Notes under the pieces: generated by a model | What the model was told of the DNA's origin: nothing | Database searches by the model: none | Seen by the model: the letters and a program-made list of their open reading frames with translations, nothing else | Shown: piece by piece, positions 49,919-62,969 of the stretch | How the letters are laid out: each line of letters opens with the position of its first letter | Position numbering within the stretch: the stretch's first letter is position 1 | Assembly (NCBI GenBank): GCA_009103225.1 | Contig: RHPI01002069.1 | Coordinates: forward strand, 459,378 to 523,377 | Direction of reading: 5' to 3' | Source: Chlorokybus atmophyticus | Taxonomy: Eukaryota; Plantae; Mesostigma and Chlorokybus algae | DNA length: 64,000 nt | Program-made: the position numbers and the translations under genes

Positions 49919-52015
49919 ATGCGCGGATATCACCCGGCATGCGAGTTATGTCGACGAGGTGTCAGACACAGCACGAAGTCCTGTGCGCAAGTGCGGGAGC
50001 GCACTTGGCCTTTCAAGCGTAACGCTGCAAGCATCACGCTTGAAAGCGTGCTTCTTCTCAAGCTGATGATGTCCCGGCACACTCGGTTGTACAGACCAGG
50101 GCGCTGCGGGCTTTGGACGCTGCCTCCGCCAGCAAGGCGTTACCGCCTGGGTGCTGCTCTGCAAGGTGACTTGAAGCTTGGTCGCTTGCTGGCCTGGATG
50201 CTTGGGTGCTTGTAGCTCCTCCAACATGCGCAATGCATCGTGCTCTGAGCTGGGTAGGATGTCCGCCTGATGACAACGTCATGGTGCAATGCAGGCTAAG
50301 GCTTTGCCTTCAGCTTGCTTGGGGCGGGTGCAGTTGCAGCAGGCGCCTGGGAGGCTTTGACGTTAGTCAGGCGCTGTTACTGACAGCGAACAAGACTCCC
50401 TTGTCTTGGTGCAATGGCATATGCCATGCTTTACAGCTCGATGTAGGTCCACGTGTTCGCATTTGCTGCCGACTGCATGCACGCTAACGAGTAGTGTATA
50501 TAGCTGCTTTCAAGGGCATGCTGCTTTGCTTGTGTCAACAAGTTGTTGAAGCACATGGGAGGTGCAAGGTAAACGGGCAGCCATGCAACAGTCAAGCCAA
50601 GCAGTCAAGCCAGGCAGCCAAGCTTGGTGAAGCGGACACTGCCTTCATAGGGTTTACCTGGCCAAGCCAGGATTCACTCAAGGCTGTAGTAAGCACCTTG
50701 TGTTCTGCAGTTAACAGCACAGGCATGGCTGTTGCGCAATTTGCTGCTTCGGCGCAAGCGCATGGCATCTCGCCTGCTGTTGAGGGCAACAACGGTGCTT
50801 CTTCCACAAGCTGCTTCATCAAGCACTCTGACCAGCCTCCAGGGCTGGGCGAGCTGCTTCACCTGCTGGAAGCAACTCACAGGTGCATGCACTTGGGTGG
50901 TGGTGAAGGCAGCGCACAGCTCTGTTGCAAGGTGCGTTAAGCCAGCGCTTCGTGTTGAGGGAGCTGCCTGGTAACTGCGTGTCTTGCTGATTACGTGCAT
51001 TCTGCAGGCGAACTGTTTGTAATACAAACCGAAAGCATCTGTCTGTTGCAATGCGCCACGTTTGTTAATGCCCGCCTTGAGAGCGGCAATTCCGCTGTGA
51101 TGTCATGCTCACAACGTACCGCAAGCTTGCCGCCCTGCTCAAGTCTTGCAAAATCTTGTGGCCTGGTAGTTTGCGTCTGACCGCTAAGTTTGCTTGCTAG
51201 GCAGCTGCCAATGCAGTATACATACCGTGTTGATATGGCTTGTTGACTGATTTGCCCGGTTGCAGAATAATGTGTAGTGAATTACACAACTATCTTGGAG
51301 GAGCTTGGAGGAATGGCAAACCAGCAGCTGAGGTGCCCCCACCCCCCCACCCCCCCACCCCACCCCACCACACGCGTGCACAGGCACACGCACACACACG
51401 TGGCGTTTGGCGAGGTTGTGTGCAACAACTTGCATTTTGGGAAGATGGTCCCAATTGTCGTGCCCTTGACAACGCTGGACGACTTGCGACCCAAACGACC
51501 CATTTAAATCTCCAATCGTACGGGTTGTTTCCCCGCGGTTCAGGTACAATCATGGCAGCATAGTGCAGAACCGTGCAGCTGCTCTTCTTACTGACAAGGC
51601 AATAACTGCTGTCTGCGTATTGTTTTGCTTTCAATACTTACGAGCAGTAATAGTGATGTTACAGACGTGCATAAAAGGCTGAGTAGCATCAACTGGTTGC
51701 ATGCCACGCAGGTTTTGTAAGGGTCATGTCACTGTTGGAGGCAGCATCCGCATGGAGTCCTGGACGCGCACGGGCTGGACACCAGCCATGAAATTGGAGA
51801 GCCTGCTTGTTGAGGTTAGGAACCTTAGGGGTGACCCTATGTGTAAGTACTACTCATTTTTGATGTTTGGTTTTGCTTCTCACCTCACCTTGACTGCCTG
51901 TTGCAGATTTACTCGCACCTTGTGGAGGGCAGCGCCCGCCTAGACATCGCCAGCAGCCGTAAGTACAGCTTGGCTGAAGTTTAACAGGCATTCCGGCGCG
52001 TGGCAGCGCAGCACG
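49919..52015 (+). pseudogene. UBE2Q-like ubiquitin-conjugating (E2) gene, apparently disabled; 5' exons uncertain
   Basis: DPFKSPIVRVVSPRF|FCKGHVTVGGSIRMESWTRTGWTPAMKLESLLVE|IYSHLVEGSARLDI...YSLAEV*QAFRRVAAQHG. Catalytic Cys position is Arg (CGC 51749-51751). In-frame TAA at 51982-51984. Apparent frameshift near 51470-51490. Confidence 0.7.
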
Positions 52016-52640
52016 GTGACAAGCTTGTGCGCCGCGTGACAGACTGTTGTCTCTGTCTGAAGTCAGCAGCATTGCTTTGATAGAGCGGTGGCACGCCGCT
52101 GTACACATAATGGCATCTAGACCTGGGCGTTTAGGTTGTGACTCCTGTCAGTACTCATCCTTGCTGAAATTAATGTTTCGCAACCGATTACTTGTGTGCT
52201 GCACGTCTATTTTGTTGCACAGATTTGCTGATGGCTGCGTCTGCTTTAATGCATGAGGGGCGAGTTGCGACCTGCTTAGAACCTTGGCGTGCGTGTACAA
52301 CCCTTGCAAATAAGGCGACGATGCTGATTAGAGCCGCAACACAACTTCTCCAAAAGAACTGACATGCTCCCCATTGCCAGCAACTCATCTCAACTGCAGC
52401 CCAAGCACAAACCTTACAATGGTGTAGGGTGTGTGCGTCTTGTCACTGTGCATGCTGCTGACTATGCATGTCAGTATGAATGTGTCGTACTGTTGTGCGT
52501 TGTTTATACGACACCGCATTGCACTCTTTTTACACATTGTGAAACACACGAGCAAGGAGGATGTTGCACAGACAGTGCAAGCTTGACATAGGACTGTGCT
52601 GCATTACAGAACTGCGGCACCAACTTCCCTCTTGCGTGAC

Positions 52641-52833
52641 AGCAACTGATCATGGTGCATCATGTTGTAAAGTTTGTGCTAAGCACCACCCCTGCCATCG
52701 ACACCTACAGACTAACTGTGTGATAAGTAGATTTTTCCTCTTGCATAAAAGCAGCTGATCATGGTGCATCATGTCGTAATCTTGTGTGCTAAGCACCACC
52801 CCTGCCATTGATGCCTACAGACTGACTGTGTGA
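52641..52833. repeat. ~83-bp direct repeat pair (52641-52723, 52750-52833)
   Basis: agcaactgatcatggtgcatcatg...ctaagcaccacccctgcca...ctacagact.actgtgtga twice, with a few substitutions. Confidence 0.9.
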
Positions 52834-53215
52834 CGTGTAAAACGCGAGTTCAGCATTCACACCAACGCCAATCACTAGGGCTGACTGTAGTTGCAGTCAC
52901 ATATGCTACATGCCAGCATCCCCAGCAGTCGCTGATAAGCCATGCAGAGCATCTAAGACACGTCTTGACCAGCAAGCGCTTGTTGCGCTGCGGACCACCT
53001 GCTCTGTCACCGCCCATGCCATGTGTGCGCCAAGGTGTTGGCCACACACAACTGTGATCAGCACACAGCACTTATGCATACCTGTGCATACATGAGACCA
53101 CGCATGCAATCTGTCCGTGTACATCACACTGACATCTCACAGGTTTGAAACTGTTCTATCACACTCCTACACTACCCCGCTATGCCACGGCCAGCACCAG
53201 CTGCTAACAACATTT

Positions 53216-55181
<1,966 letters not shown>

Positions 55182-55371
55182 GTTGGTAATGCTGATGGTA
55201 TTCACAGGCAACAGTCCAGAAACTACTCAACCTGATGTATGCGCCGCGTGTATGAGAGTGTTTGACTGCGCGTGCAAGCTAACAATGGTGCTTGTAGCTG
55301 GCTAAGTATTGTTAGTTGGCTTCTGTCAGTATATGCAGCTGCAGTCAGCAAATGTGTTGATGGCGGCAGTG

Positions 55372-55790
55372 GTACTGGCGGCGGTGATGATGATGATGGC
55401 GGCGATGACGTGGCGGTCATGAGCTGGTGTTTCTAGAGAGCTGTGTACTGTACGCCACCGCTGTACAATGGTACCCAATGTACGTACCGGACTGACGGCG
55501 CTTTGGCTGCTGGGCCAGCAGTGGCACTGGTGCAGTGCCACTGCTGGCTGACTCTATTGTGCCGAAACGCAGCTCCGTACACTGTGTGTCTGGGCCTCCC
55601 ATCAACTGTCACCATAGGCTTTCCATGCGTACCAAGCAGACTGGCCATGGCCGAGCAGGGCATCATGGCCCGTAGATTATGGCATGGTTCATGGCTGTGT
55701 GCGCGGTACAGCCAGTGCGTATCGGTACCAAATGTACGCAGCCCTGCGTACCTGCGTCTCTGGCATGCACGGAGATCTGCTGACATGTAC
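55372..55790. promoter_or_regulatory. dense GTAC cluster (candidate SBP-domain/CRR1 elements) with a 16-bp perfect hairpin, upstream of the MDR gene
   Basis: GTAC at 55372, 55445, 55450, 55463, 55471, 55480, 55484, 55577, 55629, 55706, 55725, 55734, 55748, 55787. Confidence 0.5.
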
Positions 55791-55899
55791 GGATGTGCCA
55801 GCTGCCGTCATGAAGGCTGCTTGAAACCAATGCTGATCAGTCAATGGAGATGGATTGAAGGTGTCATCTAGTGTAGCATGATGTTTGAGTTGTTTCGAA

Positions 55900-56560
55900 A
55901 GAAGGCCTAGGCCATAACGATAAATAAATAACAAAATTTACCGTCCAAACAAGGTCACATGCCAATTTGTGTATCTGCATTGGCATGTTATTAACGAGGC
56001 ATGCGCAACGATAATTGCTTTTAAATATGATAAACTTATGGATTCATTACGAATGTATGTGAGGCTTTTATTGAAGGACGAACTATATGTGTTAAATTGA
56101 CATTGTTACCACAGAGTATAAGACATAATTGTTACATTGCAGGATTCTGCATTAGCAATAGGTGATAAGAAAATATTGATGATGTATAGATATAAAGAAG
56201 ATGTGAAAATGAAGCGATTGCATTAAATGCTTCAACACCAATTTAATTATAGGTCGTTGCATAATGAGTTTGCACATCACAGTTAGACATCGCAAAATAA
56301 CATGAACATGTGTATTAGAGTATGACTGACATGGTAATACACAAGACACTTGAATAATTTAGCCCACATTGCACAACCAAGGTTGCACATGCATTTCTTG
56401 CGTCTCTAATGGCGCGGGCAATGTTATAAATCAATACTAACTGCCTGATGTCCTTGCGGAAGCGCAGCGCAACAATCAAAGTGAGTCCAAAGCAACTTTC
56501 GTAACCAATCAATCATCCATCATTAGCAATGAAACAGCTGGCAATGCAAACAACAAATCA
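55900..56560. other. AT-rich non-coding island
   Basis: Low GC relative to flanks, no credible exons. Confidence 0.5.
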
Positions 56561-56877
56561 AGCTGTCAGGTATGGCTTGCCCCCTGGCATAGCTGTTTTT
56601 GTTGATAAAGCTGTTGTAGACGCACACAACAGTCATTACGCAAAAGCAGCGCCAGTGACTCGTCCATTGGGCTATTACAGTCAACAAACTTAGACAGCAC
56701 CGATAGCAGCCCATTGTGCAGCATGCCTATATGCTTGCGCTGGATTAAGTACTAGCGCCCGTGCTTCTTGATTGCCTTTGCTTGTTCCTTGCTACCACAT
56801 GGTACGCTGCACACAATGTATGCATCATGCAATGAATGCTTCTATTGTACAACCACTATAGTCGTTGCAAAAGATGG

Positions 56878-56923
56878 ACCTGTGCGCTCCCAACCCTGAA
56901 CTGTACCTGTGCGCTCCCAACCC
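56878..56923. repeat. 19-bp direct repeat (acctgtgcgctcccaaccc x2, 27-bp period) in the PITHD1 3' region
   Basis: 56878-56896 and 56905-56923 identical. Confidence 0.85.
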
Positions 56924-57053
56924 ACTAGACCCCACTTTACAGTTGCTGAGAACCACAGTCACGTGCGCAGCGCACCTATGCTTCAACCCCTTGAAAACAA
57001 CACTACCACCTACTAACATTGCTACTCTGCCTACCTGAGTACTACCTGTCCGC

Positions 57054-58883
57054 TCATTGCAGCAAGTGCGAGTTGGCCTCCAGCCGCGCCTCCCTGCTTA
57101 CAGCATTGGTACGGCATACACATTGACATGCATGCATGCATGCATGAATGCATACAGTGATGCACACCCTCAATGCAGTATGTTACAAAAAGGCACTTAC
57201 ACATGATCTTGAGGCAGAGGAGCTGCCTCATACACAATGTTTTGGACAACAGCATCCCTTTTCAACTGCACGCAATCAAAAACAACATGGAATGCTATCA
57301 GCAAGAGCTGAGCCCTCAGACGAGCACACAAGAGACAATAAGGCAGACACTAAGTCACCTGTGTATACTCCCCTTTGAATCCAATGAAATGTATGCGCGT
57401 GCGCTCGCCATTCAATGACGTGGGGAAATAAAGCGTCACATTCGCAACGCCCTGAAACTTTGCATACCTGCAGTTGCACGCCCGTGTCTCATTTCAATTT
57501 TATACAGACACTCCCAAGAGACATAACCATGACACTGCAGAAGGTCTACAATACAACACCACACAGTAGACTTTGCACTTTGCCTTGTTGGGTACTCCAG
57601 GTCTCCTCGCGCGTTTTCGGCCAACTCAAACTCCTGGCGCACAGCATGCATTACCATCAACATGTGTAATAGCAGAATGCAACACATAGTGTCGCTGTCA
57701 GGGGCATGTATAACACAAGCCAACCTGGACAGCTGGTGCTGCTGCAGCGTTGCCAAAATCCATGTCTTCCCTGTTGGTGAACCTGCGCACAGTACAGTTT
57801 CATGAGCACACAAGTGACACTAACATATGCAGTGTCACATACACTTTCATGCGGACGGGTGACGTGCCGTCCGTGCCGCCAATCACACATATCGACTTGA
57901 TCTTGACATCCACAGAGAACCTGATGTTGCAGTAGTTGACGAGTGTTCAAATGAGAGGTCTATCCTCTAAAGACAATGCACCTTGCAATATGCGTCTGAT
58001 CTACTTACGGAATGAAGATGAGCAGCTCAGGATCATCCTCATTGCTTTCACAACACTGCATACAGCAGTCTCTCAGAGTCATTACTCAACTGACTACGTC
58101 AATTGAGGAGAAAAGACAGTTGCAAGAGGTTGGTGGGTGTCATAAGCATTCACTGCTTAGTTGATTCACTCATTGTGTTAATCAACCATGAATTAGTGTA
58201 ACACGCGCACCCCAGCGGAGAAGTCCAGCCGCTCTTCCCACGACCTCAGCACGGTTTGCGCGCTACCCTCAGTAGCCTCGTTCAACGCGCGAACCTGCGA
58301 AACCCATCACACAAACAACCGTGAGCGTACGATAGGCAGCATGTAAGAGGACATTGCTCGTGTAGAGGCTGGTGTGCGAATGTGCTGTAGTGTACGTATG
58401 ATGATTGAGTACCATTGGCAAAAACCCATGACCAGCCGATTGGAGCACTCGTATGATTCAATCAAACACAACTGTTGGTGGTGGCGCAAACTACACATGC
58501 TGCACATGTAGTGACTGCCAAAATTGATGTTTGGAACGATAGAACACCCAAAAATAAGCATGCAAACCTCCAACGTTTTGTTTCCTTCTTTCCATCAACC
58601 TGCTGCAGCAGCAGCAAACGGCGTTCCGTCGCTGCCAGTGACAGGCACAGCCAAGCATGTGTGTGCACGGACATCCACACACGGCTGCACAATGCTTGTG
58701 TACCCTATTATATTTGTGCTCGGTGCTGCTCACAAGGCCAGCGCAGAGCATGCGTATGTGTGCCTGATTTCCACACATGCACATGCGGGAGCCTACCCGC
58801 GGCGTGTCCACTTGCTGGAAGAGCGACCACTCGGCGCCGCAGCTGTGCTCGGCGCACTCGTGATCGTGCAGGCACGCCGCCAT
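57054..58883 (-). CDS. PITHD1: PITH-domain-containing protein (PITHD1, plant type)
   Basis: MAACLHDHECAEHSCGAEWSLFQQVDTPR|VRALNEATEGSAQTVLRSWEERL, SNEDDPELLIFIP|FSVDVKIKSICVIGG, FTNREDMDF, EFELAENARGDLEYPTR|YAKFQGVANVTLYFP, IHFIGFKGE, LKRDAVVQNIVYE...DH. TGA at 57054-57056. Confidence 0.93.
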
Positions 58884-58999
58884 GTGGCCGCCGCCCACCG
58901 CCTCAACCGTCTATCAGGCTACAACCTCAGAACTAGCAGCAGCAATGCGCACACAAGTAAGTTGAGTGGCACAATCTCTCGTGTTGCCACGTGGCATGC

Positions 59000-61843
59000 A
59001 TGCAGAGCGTTGCGGCGGCGACGGCGGTCGGCGGCGGGGTCCGCCTGGACGGACGCCGCACAGGACAAAGCAGCACTGCAGGTAGCTTGCTTGCTTGCAT
59101 GCTTTGAGTGCTGTGCATGACTCTGGACTGGCAGCAGCAGCAGCAGCAGCAGCTTATTGTTCCAGCACAAGTGGTACACGCCTTTCAAGAGCAACTTTAC
59201 GTGCGATCTACTTTCTGTATGAGGCTCTTAGCACCAGCTTACGTTGCCTTGGTTGGTATCGCGTGTCTGCAAGCTCCTGCTGCTGCCGTCAACAGTACCG
59301 TTCAGTTACTACTGCACTGCAGTAGTCGCTGTCACTGCTGCTTGCAACTTGCATAGAGCATGCAGCAGTAGCGCGCAAGTAGTCTGTCTTTGTTCGCACT
59401 ATGCACGCTGCCCTAACAGCAGCACAAACACTCCAGCAAGTCGCTAGTAGTGTTGCTGGCTAGTCCGGTAACTGAACTCACAGGGAGACAGCACACCAAC
59501 GCTTCTCTTGCAGGCTCGCACACGCAAGGAGCAACCACTACTCCTTTACAGTTGCACAGAAGGAGACGCAACACCTCAAGCATTGCCACTGCAGCACTTT
59601 GCTCACCCCAGCGCAAACAAGCATTGTGGAGTCATCACGCACGGCCGGCACGACTACCAACCGCGTGCTGTTTGCATGCAGCTTCAGAAGTTGAGACCAA
59701 ACAAGCTTCTGAAGCTTCCGAACGCCACAAACACCAAGAGAAAGAGCAAAACAAACATACAAGCCAACATGGGCGTCATCGCTCGCCACTCTCATCCCAC
59801 CCTTCAGTGCCTCCACTTCAAGGCCGAACCCGCGAGCTCCGTTTCCTCACCTCCCTGCTCTCTTCTCCATCAGCCGCTGCCTTCCTGCTGGTGACTGGTC
59901 CTCCGGGTGCCGGCAAGACGGCATTGCTGAAGAGCGGGCTGGTGGACATTGCGACGGCGGGCAACGACAGCTTCAAGGTGGCGCGCATTGACCTCAAGGC
60001 CAGGGATGTCGCATTCGATGAGGGGATGGCGGGAGCGCTTGAGGAAGCAATAGGGGTCTGGACTGTGGGCAAGGTGGGTCATTCAAGGTGCAAGGTGGAC
60101 ATGATGCATGTACACACTCTTAGCATGCTCGTATGCTAGTAGGCGTGCACGCGCACGCAAGTCATGCGCATGCGCGTGAGCGTCCGAATGCTTGTGTGCG
60201 TGTGTGTATTGTAAGTTACTTGAGTTGTACTTGTTTTGTCTGTTCAACAGGTGGCTCAGAGCACGCTGAAGTCGGCCGAGCGCAAGCTGCCACGTGTGCC
60301 GCAGGCACTGAAAGACTTCGTCGCAAAGCTTGCGAGCACTGCGACAAACTTCCTGCCGCCATTCTTTCGCGGTGCCGCCAAGTACCTTAACTCGATGATG
60401 CCACAGCCCCCTCCGCCCACAACCAATTCTGTTGCCGAGACGCTGAACGACTACCTGCGCACCATAAAGTGAGTAGCAGCAGAACCAACATAGTGGCTCA
60501 TGCCAAGTATGTTGGGTATGCTCACTCATTGTTGTGTTTGGGTCTTAAGGCAGAGGCCTGTGTTGGTGATTGACAATGCGCATCTGTTGCGGTTGTGGCC
60601 GAAGGAGAGCGAGAAGGGTCTCCACACCATCCTGCGGTTGCTCGAGAAGATAAGCGTGCAAGACAACGCTGCGCATGTTATTTTTGCAAGTGGAGATCCG
60701 TACTTTTACGAGTGGCTGCGCGCCCGTAAGCTTTTTTTTGCAAGCTGTTCCCTCAAGTCTTGTCGTATGTTTCGTTAGAGTCATCAAGCATTGTTTGCAC
60801 AAACACATGCAGGAGTGCCTGCTTTACAATATGAAGTGATCGGCGACCTACCATACGATGATGCGAAAGAGTTGTTTTTCACGGCCGCGCATAGGCACGA
60901 AGACATCTTTGTGACGGATGTGAGTGCACTCTGTTAAGTCCCTTATCAGAATCGCTGTTTCAAAGTATCTATGGTGTGACACATCTTGTAAGTTGCCAAA
61001 GAAGACTGCGAGAACAACAGTGCAAGTTCGTTTGTTTGTGTGCGGTGATCCAATGCGGAAGCGCGACTGACATGGGAATTGCTTGCAGGCTGACTGGCGC
61101 GCTGTTTATGAAGCATGTGGCACCAATCCCAAGGCGTTGCTGACCTGCTTGTCGTTAGCTAACGCATATCAAAGCCTTGATCAATGTAAGTTGGACGCAT
61201 GCGCATCTGTTCATTGCCTCATCACCGCCGGTGACTGCTGTCAACACTTGGCATGCATGCGCAGCTTTGCAGCACATGCTCATGCAAGCGGAGCAGCAAC
61301 TGGCATCCAGTTTGTGCCCCTCAGAGTTCAGCACCGAGCAGTGGTTCGCAAGCAATGAGTCGCCCTCACTGGGTTGGACCCGCCAGCATTGCTTGCAGGT
61401 ATGGTGCAAACACATAAGCAACATCTACTCTCAGGACTTCGTCCTGCACAACTTGTAACTCAGTGTGCGCATTCCTCATAGGCACAATCATGCGCACATC
61501 ACGGTAGTCACGGTACTTACAACTGCTACACATATTGCTTGTGAAACTGGTGTGTAACATATGGTGACTACGTTGCCAAAAGGTGTACAAGGCAATATTG
61601 AACGCCTCCGAGACGGGATTCTGTGTGCAAGAGCGCAAGCTCATAGAAAACATGGGTGGGGAGAAGCGCGAACGAGCAGTGCGCGCTATGGTGGCTTGCG
61701 GGCTGGTGTACAGAAGGTTGGGAGGGTCGTTCCTGGCATGCGACGTGCCACAGGAAGTCAACGTTGGCGGGAGCTTTATTACAATGGCACCAATGCAGCT
61801 TGCGGCGCTTAAGAAGATGCAGAAAGCACGGTTGATAGAATGA
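59000..61843 (+). CDS. P-loop ATPase of the archaeal-ATPase (ATPase_2/AAA_16)-like family with C-terminal helical domain; 5' exons uncertain
   Basis: GRTRELRFL, Walker A LVTGPPGAGKT, Walker B-like PVLVIDNAH, HVIFASGDPYFYEWL, VIGDLPYDDAKELF, WRAVYEACG, last exon VYKAILN...LVYRRL...MAPMQLAALKKMQKARLIE*. Confidence 0.75.
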
Positions 61844-62670
61844 GACCTGTAAGCAACATTGTCTGTGCATGCGGTTTCACGTATAGAATGTGTACGATTA
61901 CAGCAATAGCTTTGTGCTCTGAATCTTGGCAATCGCGTGCAAAGATTTGGGGTGCGAGCAAGTTTTGTGAGACGTGATGTATACCAATGCATGGCATCTT
62001 TCAGTTTGAGGTTGCACCAGGTGTGTACAGACATAAACATAGTGTGTTGAACTCTGCTTCAACGTAGTATTGGCAGTGACAGGTGGTTGCTGCAGTGGTT
62101 TTGATGCAATGCCATGAGTAACATAAGTAATATGTAAGCCTATCGCTATGTTGCATTCAGCATCTCCACGCGAAATGTGTGACAGGGTAGAATGCAAGAG
62201 CAACTCGCACCAAATTTACTGTTGAGCGAGTTGGTCGTGCAATTGCTCAGCTGCAGCACAGGCTACACGCGTCTTAATGAACGGCTATGAGGGAAGAGGG
62301 GAAAGGCGGTCAATCTTAACAGTTGCATCACAAGTTTCAGACCAGGGCCCGCCCACAGTTGTTACCAGTGCGCAACTTGCTGCGCGTTCCGCATTGTCAG
62401 CTGCAGCGCTACATGCAGGCGTTTCGGCAGTGCCTGTCAAAGGTGTTGTCCTTGGCCAGAACCGCACAGCAGCGGACTACATGCTTGAGCGCTGGAGAGA
62501 CTCAACCGGTCGCCCCATTGTTTGGTCGCTTCGTGCAGTGTCTCAAGCTTCGTTAACAGAAGTACTCTGTAACCAACTGTTACGGAGCTAGTATGTGTGC
62601 ATGCATTGTAGGCGCAGATTTTTCAAGCAGCAGCAAAGGCGGCGGACTCAGTGCGTACAGCACGCAGCAT

Positions 62671-62811
62671 ATGAACAGGACGTGGAAGCTGGTGAAGACG
62701 CCTGTGGGCGACAACTTACCCAACAATACAAGGCTGGTGGAGGAGCATGTGGTTGAATGCACTAGTGCACACCGGAACTACCCTCGTATACTGGTGTTTC
62801 TGGAAGTATAA
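62671..62811 (+). pseudogene. truncated paralogous fragment of the 5' end of the MDR oxidoreductase gene
   Basis: MNRTWKLVKTPVGDNLPNNTRLVEEH versus MVASKAWKLVKRPVGDLSPDDLKLVDEQ; shared DNA cgtggaagctggtgaaga.gcc.gtgggcgac; similarity lost after about 26 codons, TAA at 62809-62811. Confidence 0.75.
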
Positions 62812-62969
62812 ACGTGAACACGTAGTGTATGCAGGCACAAACATATACATGCAACAACATGCATAGTTGCATAGGCTTGCTTGCTGGATACATTTCACAT
62901 GTCCACACTAGACAATTCAAACGCACACAACCATTGCAAGGAAGGGCTGTGCAGGCTCGACAGCATACA

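Noticed and set aside
51982-51984. Non-standard nuclear code (TAA/TAG = Gln, as in some Ulvophyceae) explaining the in-frame TAA
   Set aside because: MTHFR, UCP, SCPL and SDR end in TAG at positions matching their family C-termini, and no other in-frame TAA/TAG was needed in any conserved exon.
51959-51987. 29-nt micro-intron (GTAAGT...TTTAACAG) removing the TAA
   Set aside because: Splicing it deletes the conserved YSLAE motif, shifts the frame (RIPARGSAAR*) and is far shorter than any other intron here.
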